NCBI GenBank assembly: GCA_964555685.1
Contig: CAZKTO010000004.1
Coordinates: forward strand, 10,858-74,857
DNA length: 64,000 bases
From: an uncultured Dehalococcoidia bacterium
GTDB taxonomy: Bacteria; Chloroflexota; Dehalococcoidia; SHYB01
Direction of reading: 5' to 3'
Both the position numbers and the translations under genes were made by a program. Shown here piece after piece: positions 27,866 to 35,378 of the stretch. The notes below the pieces were generated by a model that searched no databases, was not told where the DNA came from, and saw only the letters and a list, made by a program, of their open reading frames with translations. Position 1 is the stretch's first letter, and the number at the start of each line of letters is the position of its first letter.

Positions 27866-28330
27866 TTACCTCTCCCCCTTCCCCTCTCCCGCAGGGAGAG
27901 GGGCGATCTGTGTTCCCCCTTCCCGCGCCGGGAAGGGGGCCAGGGGGTTAGGTTCCACGCTGGCTAGGTCAGCGATCCGAGCTAGAACGGCAGCGAGGTT
28001 TGCCCTGATGTCCCTGTTCGGCACGCGGAGAATCCTCAGATCTCGGGCCGCGAGGAGCTGATCACGCGCCGCATCATATTCCTTTTGACGTTGGTGGCTC
28101 GGACTATCCACTTCCACAACAAGGGATGCCGCGTGACAGTAGAAGTCTACGATAAAGCCATCGATCACTTGCTGGCGGCGGAAGTGGAGGCCGTGCAGTC
28201 GGTTAGCCCGTATCGCCTGCCAGAGAGTCTGTTCCTCTGGTGTCATATAGCGGCGCAACGACTTGGCAGCCTCAAGCTTCTCGGCTGCTACCTTTTGTCC
28301 GACCACTACTCCACGTCTTTCCATACGCAA
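27866..28330 (-). CDS. DUF559 (Vsr/restriction-endonuclease-like fold) protein, AT-richer, with its C-terminus read out of a type-A repeat
   Basis: LRRYMTPEEQTLWQAIRANRLHGLHFRRQQVIDGFIVDFYCHAASLVVEVD...RDQLLAARDLRILRV is typical DUF559. The last ~30 aa (NPLAPFPAREGG...) are repeat translation. Confidence 0.8.
   Translation of the reverse strand: MRMERRGVVVGQKVAAEKLEAAKSLRRYMTPEEQTLWQAIRANRLHGLHFRRQQVIDGFIVDFYCHAASLVVEVDSPSHQRQKEYDAARDQLLAARDLRILRVPNRDIRANLAAVLARIADLASVEPNPLAPFPAREGGTQIAPLPAGEGKGER
27869..27956 (+). repeat. Type-A bipartite element
   Basis: CCTCTCCCCCTTCCCCTCTCCcgcagGGAGAGGGGCGATCTGTGTTCCCCCTTCCCgcgccGGGAAGGGGGCCAGGGGGTTAGGTTCC. Confidence 0.9.
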
Positions 28331-28340
28331 CCTTGTTCGA

Positions 28341-28428
28341 CCTCTCCCCCGGCCCCTCTCCTGAATGGAGAGGGGCGCACCGTATCCCCCCCTTCCCCAC
28401 TGGGGAAGGGGGACGGGGGGTTAGGTCC
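28341..28428 (+). repeat. Type-A bipartite element
   Basis: CCTCTCCCCCGGCCCCTCTCCtgaatGGAGAGGGGCGCACCGTATCCCCCCCTTCCCCactGGGGAAGGGGGACGGGGGGTTAGGTCC. Its TTA (28421..28423) is the thiolase-like gene's stop codon on the other strand. Confidence 0.9.
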
Positions 28429-29611
28429 CCCTCCTCAAGATAAACGCTCCCGTGGGGTCGCTGTTGGCCGCCATGACGACGACGGCGCGGGCGTTGGGCG
28501 CCTGCGTCGTCGAGGCGCCGCGGATCTGGCGCACCGCCTCTAGCACGTTGTTGAAGCCGTGGATGAAGGCCTCCGAGTGCTGCCCGCCGTGGGTGTTCAG
28601 GGGCAAGCGGCCGCCGGGCCCCTCGAGGGCGCCGCCCTCGGAGAAGGGGCCGGCCTCGCCCCGGCCGCAGAAGCCCAGGTCCTCGAGGGCCAGGAGCGCC
28701 ATGGGCGTGAAGTGGTCGTAGACGTACGCCGCGGCGATATCCTTGTGCTTGAAGTCCGACTGCTCGAAGAGCCTTCGGCCCAGGCCCGCGGCCATGCGGT
28801 CGCGCGGGAAACGGAACCAGTCGCTGAGCTGGTAGTGGGCCGGCTGCACGTGCTGGGCGAAGGCGTGGACCACGGCCGGCGGCTGCGGCATGCTCCGGGC
28901 CTCCTCGGCGCGCGAAAGCACGACGGCGCAGGCCCCGTCCGTCTCGATGCAGCAGTCGAGGAGGCGCAGCGGGTCGGCGATCATGCGCGATTGGTGGTGG
29001 TCCTCCGGGGTGATGGGCGTGCGCATGACGGCGTTGGGGTTGCGGGAGGCGTGCTTGCGTAGCGCCACGGCCACGTTGGCGAAGTGGTCCTCCGTCCAGC
29101 CGTAGTCGTGCATGAGGCGCCGGGCGATGACCGCCATCTCCTGCGCCGGGCTCTGGATGCCGAAGGGCACGTGGTACTGGCCGTGGCTCGCGATGCGCGG
29201 CTCGACCTTCTCCCACGGGCGCCCGCCCTCGCTCGTACCGGGGCCGAAGACGGACCTGCGCCCCCTCGCCCGCGAACGGTAGGCGACGAGGTGCCTGCAC
29301 AGCCCGGCGGCGACGCCCAGCGCCCCGTGTCCAACGACAGCGGCGTAGGCCCCGCCCCCGTGGGGCTGCGTGACATAATAGCCGGCGTTCCCGATGCCGA
29401 GGAGCTGGTAGAGGTGGTTGTTCAGCCCCTCCACCTGGAGGTTGTAGCAGGAGACGCCATCAATGTCTCTGGGTGTGAGGCCCGCGTCGGCGATGGCCTT
29501 GAGGATGGCCTCGGCGGCCATGCTCCACTCGGACCGGTTCAGCCCCTTCCCGTACTCGGTCTGGCCGATGCCGGTGATGGCGACCCCGTCTTGCCACCAG
29601 AGTTTAGGCAT
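28421..29611 (-). CDS. Thiolase-like protein (SCP-x/Ltp-type, 396 aa), paralogue 1
   Basis: MPKLWWQDGVAITGIGQTEYGK..., ...DCCIETDGACAVVL..., ...LNTHGGQHSEAFIHG... . ATG 29611 is preferred because upstream is repeat DNA. Confidence 0.85.
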   Translation of the reverse strand: MPKLWWQDGVAITGIGQTEYGKGLNRSEWSMAAEAILKAIADAGLTPRDIDGVSCYNLQVEGLNNHLYQLLGIGNAGYYVTQPHGGGAYAAVVGHGALGVAAGLCRHLVAYRSRARGRRSVFGPGTSEGGRPWEKVEPRIASHGQYHVPFGIQSPAQEMAVIARRLMHDYGWTEDHFANVAVALRKHASRNPNAVMRTPITPEDHHQSRMIADPLRLLDCCIETDGACAVVLSRAEEARSMPQPPAVVHAFAQHVQPAHYQLSDWFRFPRDRMAAGLGRRLFEQSDFKHKDIAAAYVYDHFTPMALLALEDLGFCGRGEAGPFSEGGALEGPGGRLPLNTHGGQHSEAFIHGFNNVLEAVRQIRGASTTQAPNARAVVVMAANSDPTGAFILRRGT

Positions 29612-29618
29612 GCTTATC

Positions 29619-29732
29619 GCCCTCTCCCCCAACCCCTCTCCTGAAGGGAGAGGGGCGATTCCCCCTTCCCTACCAGGGAAGGGGGCCAGGGGGTTAGGGT
29701 CTCCCCCGGTCCTGCCACCAGAGTTTGGTCAT
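29619..29732 (+). repeat. Type-A element (29619..29701) plus a tail that duplicates the thiolase 5' end (29708..29732)
   Basis: GCCCTCTCCCCCAACCCCTCTCCtgaagGGAGAGGGGCGATTCCCCCTTCCCtaccaGGGAAGGGGGCCAGGGGGTTAGGGTC ... GGTCCTGCCACCAGAGTTTGGTCAT. Confidence 0.9.
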
Positions 29733-29741
29733 GCTGGTTCC

Positions 29742-30443
29742 TTACGGCCGGCTCCGATAACACGTGTCACACAACGGCTTCGCATATGTCACCATCGTCT
29801 CTTTGCCGCAAGCGTGGCAGAACTTCTCCGGGTAGTTCTCGTTTTTCCACTGTGCCCACTCGTTGTAGCAATTGTCACAAAGCGGCTTCTCTTGGTCTAA
29901 GGCAATGTCAGCGCGACAGCGGATGCAGACGCCCTCAGGGGCTCTCGGATCACGGGCGCGGGCGCTTGGTCGGCTGGTTTGCTGTTGAACGTTCTCCACC
30001 GGCTCAGCGAGGCGCCTTAATGTGTTGTCCACGTAATCACGGATGTGTGTTTGAAGCGCTGGGTCAGCTACAAGGATCGCGATCTCTCGCGAATTCGCGA
30101 ACGACCCTTTGGTGAAGTTAATAGAGCCGATGACCACCGAATGTTCATTGAGATATATCTTCGCGTGTAGACCAGGGACGGATTGAACCTTTATCCGGTT
30201 CTCCTGCAACCATTCGATGTCGGCCCGCCGATCCAGTTGTTTTTGGGGGTCGTCCTCATACCTGACCAAGAACTCGACACGTACGCCGGATTTTGCTGCT
30301 ATACGTAATTCGTCTTTTGCATGGCCCCATAGGCCCAGGTAAGGAGTGACAATGACGGCGTGCCGTTTGGCGTCGCGGATAACACCGAGCACCGCAGAAT
30401 CGACTTCATCGTCCGAATAGAACGCCTTTCGGGATTGCTCCAT
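29742..30443 (-). CDS. Phospholipase-D-fold (HKD) nuclease-like protein with a C-terminal four-CxxC zinc-ribbon region; clearly AT-richer than its neighbours
   Basis: GLHAKIYLNEHSVVIGSINFT (H-x-K-x4-D/N...GS.N). The C-terminus reads CIRC...CDNC...CHAC...CDTC. It starts 7 nt after the stop of the upstream thiolase-like gene. Confidence 0.75.
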   Translation of the reverse strand: MEQSRKAFYSDDEVDSAVLGVIRDAKRHAVIVTPYLGLWGHAKDELRIAAKSGVRVEFLVRYEDDPQKQLDRRADIEWLQENRIKVQSVPGLHAKIYLNEHSVVIGSINFTKGSFANSREIAILVADPALQTHIRDYVDNTLRRLAEPVENVQQQTSRPSARARDPRAPEGVCIRCRADIALDQEKPLCDNCYNEWAQWKNENYPEKFCHACGKETMVTYAKPLCDTCYRSRP

Positions 30444-30450
30444 AAGAACT

Positions 30451-31641
30451 CTACTCCTTCCTCAGAATAAACGCCCCCGTCGGGTCGCTGGAGGCCGCCG
30501 AGACGACGACGGCCTTGCAGTCCGGCGCCTGCGTCGTGGACGTCCCGCGGACCTGGCGCACCGCCTCGGTCACGTTGTTCATCCCGTGGATGAACGCCTC
30601 CGAGTGCTGCCCGCCGTGGGTGTTCAGCGGCAGCCGCCCGCCCGGCCCCTCCAGCGCGCCGCCCTCCGAGAACGCCCCACCCTCGCCGCGACTGCAGAAG
30701 CCCAGGTCCTCGAGGGCCAGCAGCACCATCGGCGTGAAGTGGTCGTAGACCATCACCGCGCCGATGTCATTGGGCTTGAGATCGGACATGGCCCACAGGC
30801 GCCGTCCCAGCTCGAGGGCCATCGTGTCGCGGCCGTGCCGCCACCACTCGGTTAGGTGATAGTGGGCCGGCTGCGTGTGCTGCGCGACGGCGTGGATGAT
30901 GGCCGGCCTGTGTCTCAGGTTGCGCGCCTCGCCGGCCCGCGACACGACGACCGCCACGGCGCCGTCCGTCTCGATGCAGCAGTCGAGGAGGCGCAGCGGG
31001 TCGGCGATGATGCGCGACTGGTGATGGTCCTCGCGCGTGATGGGGCCGCGCGGCCTCATGACGGCGTGGGGGTTGCGGACGGCGTGCTTGCGCAACGCGA
31101 TGGCGACGCTGGCGAAGTGCTCCTCGGTGTAGCCGTAGTCGTGCATGAGGCGCCGGGCGATGACGGCCATCTCCTGCGCGGGGCTCTGGATGCCAAAGGG
31201 TACGTGGTACTGGCCCGTGCCGGGGATGCGCGCCGCCACCTTCTCCCACGGACGCCCGCCCTGGTCCGACCCGGGGCCGAAGACGGACTTGCGCCCCCGC
31301 GCCCGCGACCGGAAGCAGACGACGTGGTTGCACAGGCCCGCCGCGACCCCCAGCGCCGCCGAGATGACGACGCCTGCGTAGCTCCCGCCCCCGTGGGGCT
31401 GGTCGGCGTAGTAGCCGATCTCGCCCAGGCCGATCGTCTGGTGGAGCTGGTTCTCCCACTCGTCCTGGATGTGGTAGCGGACGACGCCGTCGATCTGCTC
31501 GGGCCGCAGCCCCGCGTCGTCGATGGCCTTGAGGATCGCCTCGGCGGCCATGTCCATGACGCTGCGGTTCAGCCCCTGGGAGAAGGCCGTCTGGCCGATG
31601 CCGGTGATGGCGGCCTTATCCTGAATGGGGCTCTTGGGCAT
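30451..31641 (-). CDS. Thiolase-like protein (SCP-x/Ltp-type), paralogue 2
   Basis: MPKSPIQDKAAITGIGQTAFSQ... . It is collinear with 28421..29611 over its whole length. Confidence 0.85.
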   Translation of the reverse strand: MPKSPIQDKAAITGIGQTAFSQGLNRSVMDMAAEAILKAIDDAGLRPEQIDGVVRYHIQDEWENQLHQTIGLGEIGYYADQPHGGGSYAGVVISAALGVAAGLCNHVVCFRSRARGRKSVFGPGSDQGGRPWEKVAARIPGTGQYHVPFGIQSPAQEMAVIARRLMHDYGYTEEHFASVAIALRKHAVRNPHAVMRPRGPITREDHHQSRIIADPLRLLDCCIETDGAVAVVVSRAGEARNLRHRPAIIHAVAQHTQPAHYHLTEWWRHGRDTMALELGRRLWAMSDLKPNDIGAVMVYDHFTPMVLLALEDLGFCSRGEGGAFSEGGALEGPGGRLPLNTHGGQHSEAFIHGMNNVTEAVRQVRGTSTTQAPDCKAVVVSAASSDPTGAFILRKE

Positions 31642-31665
31642 GGGGTTCTTAGAAGAATTCCTTAG

Positions 31666-31881
31666 CTACGCGGCCCCTACTTCAACAAACTCCCCTTGGG
31701 AGCTGGGCGTTGGGACAGGCAGTCCCTGCCGCTGGAGATCCTCGATGTGCAACTTGATAGCCTCGCGGATGAGCCGCAGCAACTCCTTCCGGGTCTCTCC
31801 GATGGCTATGCACCCCGGAAGGTCCGGAACATGTGCGCCCCAACTCGTCTTGCCCCTCTCGACTACTACCATGTACCGCAT
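31666..31881 (-). CDS. hicB: HicB-family antitoxin
   Basis: MRYMVVVERGKTSWGAHVPDLPGCIAIGETRKE...IKLHIEDL. An alternative GTG at 31896 overlaps the hicA stop. Confidence 0.85.
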   Translation of the reverse strand: MRYMVVVERGKTSWGAHVPDLPGCIAIGETRKELLRLIREAIKLHIEDLQRQGLPVPTPSSQGEFVEVGAA

Positions 31882-31892
31882 GACGGCCTGCC

Positions 31893-32081
31893 TCACTTCT
31901 TCAAGCCAGCCTGTTTGAGCGCGGAGTTCAAGGTGCCCGGCGGGATCTCAAGGCTCGGTTTCCCAGCTACGGTCACAGTCCCCACCTTACCCGGGTGCTT
32001 GTACTGGCGATGGCTGCCTTTGGTTCGCACCAATCGCCACCCCTCCTTCTCTAGAAGCCGGATCAATTCTCTGACCTTCAA
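31893..32081 (-). CDS. hicA: HicA-family mRNA interferase toxin
   Basis: MKVRELIRLLEKEGWRLVRTKGSHRQYKHPGKVGTVTVAGKPSLEIPPGTLNSALKQAGL is the classic HicA sequence. Confidence 0.9.
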   Translation of the reverse strand: MKVRELIRLLEKEGWRLVRTKGSHRQYKHPGKVGTVTVAGKPSLEIPPGTLNSALKQAGLKK

Positions 32082-32216
32082 GAGTCTCCCAGCGCCGGCT
32101 CATCCTCCTCTTAACGCTCTGAATCAGCAGGCGAAACCGCGCCGTGTGCAGCGGCTGCGCGTGTTTGCTCATTGGTCAAGGTGCGTGCTCTTTCAGGATT
32201 GACCGTCCTGACATGC

Positions 32217-33419
32217 TCAGAGCACGCCGCGCTCGCGGAGGCCGGCGATCTGCTCCCACGAGTACCCGAACTCCTGGAGGACCTCCTCCGTGTGCTGCCC
32301 GAACTCCGGCGCCGCGCTCCGGGCCTGCGCCGGCGTCTCGCTCAGCTTCACCGTCACGCCCACCTGCCTCAGCTTGCCATGCACCGGGTGGGGCACCTCC
32401 GTCACGTAGTTGTTGGCGATGACCTGGGGGTCCTTCGGGATGTCCTCGTGCGTCTGCACCGGCCCGGCGATGATGCTCCGGGCCTTGAGCAGGCGCACCC
32501 ACTCGTCCCGCGGCCGGTTGGCAAAGAGCCGGTCCAGGGTCTCGATCAGCGGCTTGCAGTTGCCGTACCGCGTCAGGTGGTCCTTGAAGCGCGGGTCCTC
32601 CAGCAGCTCCGGCGCCCCGATGACTTCGCAGAAGTCGGCCCAGTAGCGGTCCGATTGGTTGCATCCCAGCGCGATCCACTTGCCGTCGCTGCACCGGTAG
32701 AGGTTCCACAGAGGGTTGCCGGCCTCCTGGCGCCGCCCGTGGGTGAACAGGTTCCCCGCCATGAGGTAGAAGTTCAGGGCCATGGCCTGGAGCGTGAGCT
32801 GTCCGCCGAGCTGGGAGGTCTGCACGTGCTGCCCCACGCCGAACCGCTCCCGCGCCACCAGCGCCGACATGATGCCGTACGCCAGGATGATGGCGCCGGT
32901 CTGATCGGCCAGGCCGCCGGCGACCTTGTACGTGACCTCTTCATCGGGCGTGGACATGAGCCACGTGAACCCGCCGCGGGCCTGGCCCACGATGTCGAAG
33001 ACCGGGTCGCGGGCGTCGGGCCCCAGGTCGCCCAGGCCCGTCACGGACCCGTAGATGATGCGCGGGTTCACCTTCCGCACGCTCTCGTAGCCGACGCCCA
33101 GCTTCTCGACGACGCCCAGGCGGAAGTTCTGGGTCACCACGTCCGCCTTCTTCGCCATCGCCATGAAGATATCGCGCCCCTCTGGACTCTTCAGATTGAG
33201 CGTCATGCTCCGCTTGTTACGGTTCATGGTCTCGAAGTACACGTTGATGGGGCGCGGCTTGGGCGATCGGGCGCTCATGGCGCGGCCGGGGTCGCCGTTG
33301 ACCGGGTCCTCGATCTTGATGACGCTGGCTCCCATGTCCGAGAGCATGGTCGTCGCGAAGGGGCCGTTCTGCCAGATGGTCATGTCGAGGACGGTGATGC
33401 CGTCGAGGGGTGAAGGCAT
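32217..33419 (-). CDS. Family-III (CaiB/BaiF) CoA-transferase
   Basis: MPSPLDGITVLDMTIWQNGPFATTMLSDMGASVIKIE.... ATG 33419 chosen. Confidence 0.85.
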   Translation of the reverse strand: MPSPLDGITVLDMTIWQNGPFATTMLSDMGASVIKIEDPVNGDPGRAMSARSPKPRPINVYFETMNRNKRSMTLNLKSPEGRDIFMAMAKKADVVTQNFRLGVVEKLGVGYESVRKVNPRIIYGSVTGLGDLGPDARDPVFDIVGQARGGFTWLMSTPDEEVTYKVAGGLADQTGAIILAYGIMSALVARERFGVGQHVQTSQLGGQLTLQAMALNFYLMAGNLFTHGRRQEAGNPLWNLYRCSDGKWIALGCNQSDRYWADFCEVIGAPELLEDPRFKDHLTRYGNCKPLIETLDRLFANRPRDEWVRLLKARSIIAGPVQTHEDIPKDPQVIANNYVTEVPHPVHGKLRQVGVTVKLSETPAQARSAAPEFGQHTEEVLQEFGYSWEQIAGLRERGVL

Positions 33420-33563
33420 GGACGCTCTCTCCCGGTCCGCATCCGCCTGAGGAGGACGGCGGGCACCCGGCGACGCCGGAGGCTCGCGCGACAGAGTAGA
33501 TCGTGGGGCTACTCTAGCCCTGGCCTCGGCGGATGTCAACGCACGCCTCCGAGCCAGAGGTCT

Positions 33564-33989
33564 TTACGTGGTGAGGTCTTCCATCAGCTCAACAGGCAGG
33601 CCGTCCGGGTCGGCCACGTAGAAGCTGCGCTTGCCGCCCGGCAGCCGCTCGATAGGCGAGACGAAGGCGCTCCCGCACGCCAAGGCCAACTCCCGCCGCC
33701 GCTGGAAGTCCGGCGCGTTGAAGCACAGGTGGGGGTTGCCGCCGCGCCGGTGATGCAGGGTCAGCGCCTCGCCGCCGGCGGCCAGGTACTGCACCAGCTG
33801 GAGCGTGAAGCCCCCGAGGGTCAGCTGCGCCACGCGGATGCGGGCCCCTTCGTTGCCCGTCAGCCGGTCGAACCACGGCCCGCCCGTCTCGTTGCGCCGG
33901 CCTTCCGTCATGCCGGCGACGTCCCGGTAGAAGGCGACCGACGCCCCCAGGTCTCGCACGGTCAGGCCCATGTGGTTCAGGGTGGCCAT
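33564..33989 (-). CDS. VOC-family (glyoxalase/bleomycin-resistance/dioxygenase fold) protein
   Basis: MATLNHMGLTVRDLGASVAFYRDV...GGNPHLCF...RSFYVADPDGLPVEL. The rest of the 467-aa track ORF is out-of-frame overlap with the next gene. Confidence 0.8.
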   Translation of the reverse strand: MATLNHMGLTVRDLGASVAFYRDVAGMTEGRRNETGGPWFDRLTGNEGARIRVAQLTLGGFTLQLVQYLAAGGEALTLHHRRGGNPHLCFNAPDFQRRRELALACGSAFVSPIERLPGGKRSFYVADPDGLPVELMEDLTT

Positions 33990-34002
33990 GGATGCGGCTG
34001 CC

Positions 34003-34114
34003 GCCCTCTCCCCCAGCCCCTCTCCTGAGCGGAGAGGGGCGCACCGCGTTCCCCCTTCCCTTGCAGGGAAGGGGGCCAGGCGCCGTCCTGAGCTTGTCGA
34101 AGGAGGGTTAGGGC
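34003..34114 (+). repeat. Type-A element, long variant with the extra GCCAGGCGCCGTCCTGAGC..GAAGGAG segment
   Basis: GCCCTCTCCCCCAGCCCCTCTCCtgagcGGAGAGGGGCGCACCGCGTTCCCCCTTCCCttgcaGGGAAGGGGGCCAGGCGCCGTCCTGAGCTTGTCGAAGGAGGGTTAGGGC. Confidence 0.9.
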
Positions 34115-34120
34115 TCTGTC

Positions 34121-35374
34121 CTACCCTATCTTCACCTCGGTCGATATGATCCCCCGCGCCTTGAGGTCTGTGAGCTCGGCGTTGGAGAGGCGCAGCACCT
34201 CGCCGAAGACGAAGTCGTTGTCCTCGCCCAGCGTTGGGGGCGCCTTGCGCGCCTTGACGGGCGTCCGGGAGAGGATGGCCGGGAAGCCGTAGTAGGGATG
34301 CCGCCCGCCGTTCACGGGCCGGTCGATCCATTGGATGAAGTCGCGGGCCTTGAGCTGGGGGTCGTGGACGATGCTGGCCGCGTTGTTGGCGGCCCCCGCG
34401 GGCACGCCGCGAGATTGGAGCAGCGTCATGACCTCGCGCGGCTCCCGCTCGCGCGTCCATGCGGCGATGGGCTCCCGCAGCGCGGCCTCGTTCTGCCAGC
34501 GGCTCAGGGCGTCGGCGAAGCGCGCGTCCTTGGCGAGCTCTGGGCGTCCCATCGCCCCGCACAGCGCCTGGAACTGCGCGTCCGTCTGCACCGTGATGGC
34601 CACCCACTGGTCCTGGCCCCCTTCGGCAGGGCTCAGGGCAGGCTTGCAAGGGAAGGCCCCGTGGGGAGCCCACGCCGGGTGCCGGTTGGCGTCCCGCTCC
34701 CGCACCCGTCCGTTCATCGTATAGTCCAGGATGGCGGCGGCGTTCAGGTAGGACGCCCCCTCGGTCGTCGAGAAGTCGATGTACTGGCCCTGGCCCGTCC
34801 GGCGCCGGTGCTCCAGCGCGATGAGGACGGCCACGGCCGCGTACATCCCGCCGATGGGGTCGGTCATGGCCGAGTGGGCGATGGGCTCCCGGTCCGCGTA
34901 GCCGCTCATGTACGTGATCCCGGAGGCCTCCTCGAACTGTGGCCCGAAGCCCACGTAGTGCTCCCACGGCCCCCCGTGCCCGAAGCCGGGCATCGAGAGC
35001 AGGACCGCTGTGGGATTGGCCCGCCGCACGAACTCGTAGCCGAGGCCCAGGTTCTTGATCACGCGGGTGCTATAGTTCTCGGCCACCACGTCGCTCACGC
35101 TGATCAGGCGGCGCAGCAGCTCCAGCCCTTCGGGCTTCCCGAGGTCGAGCGTACAGCCGTATTTGTTGACGTTGGTGCCGTTGAAGATGGGCGCCCACTC
35201 CCAGAAGTTGGGGCGGCCCGCCCCGGCGCCCTGCGTCCGCACGCTATCGCCCCGGCCTGCGGGTTCGACCTTGATGACCTGCGCGCCCAGGTGGCCCAGG
35301 AACTGGGTGCTGAAGGGGCCGGCCCAGAACTGGGTCAGGTCGGCCACCCGCACGCCCGAGAGAGGAAGGCTCAT
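34121..35374 (-). CDS. Family-III CoA-transferase
   Basis: MSLPLSGVRVADLTQFWAGPFSTQFLGHLGAQVIKVE.... Confidence 0.9.
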   Translation of the reverse strand: MSLPLSGVRVADLTQFWAGPFSTQFLGHLGAQVIKVEPAGRGDSVRTQGAGAGRPNFWEWAPIFNGTNVNKYGCTLDLGKPEGLELLRRLISVSDVVAENYSTRVIKNLGLGYEFVRRANPTAVLLSMPGFGHGGPWEHYVGFGPQFEEASGITYMSGYADREPIAHSAMTDPIGGMYAAVAVLIALEHRRRTGQGQYIDFSTTEGASYLNAAAILDYTMNGRVRERDANRHPAWAPHGAFPCKPALSPAEGGQDQWVAITVQTDAQFQALCGAMGRPELAKDARFADALSRWQNEAALREPIAAWTREREPREVMTLLQSRGVPAGAANNAASIVHDPQLKARDFIQWIDRPVNGGRHPYYGFPAILSRTPVKARKAPPTLGEDNDFVFGEVLRLSNAELTDLKARGIISTEVKIG

Positions 35375-35378
35375 GGCG

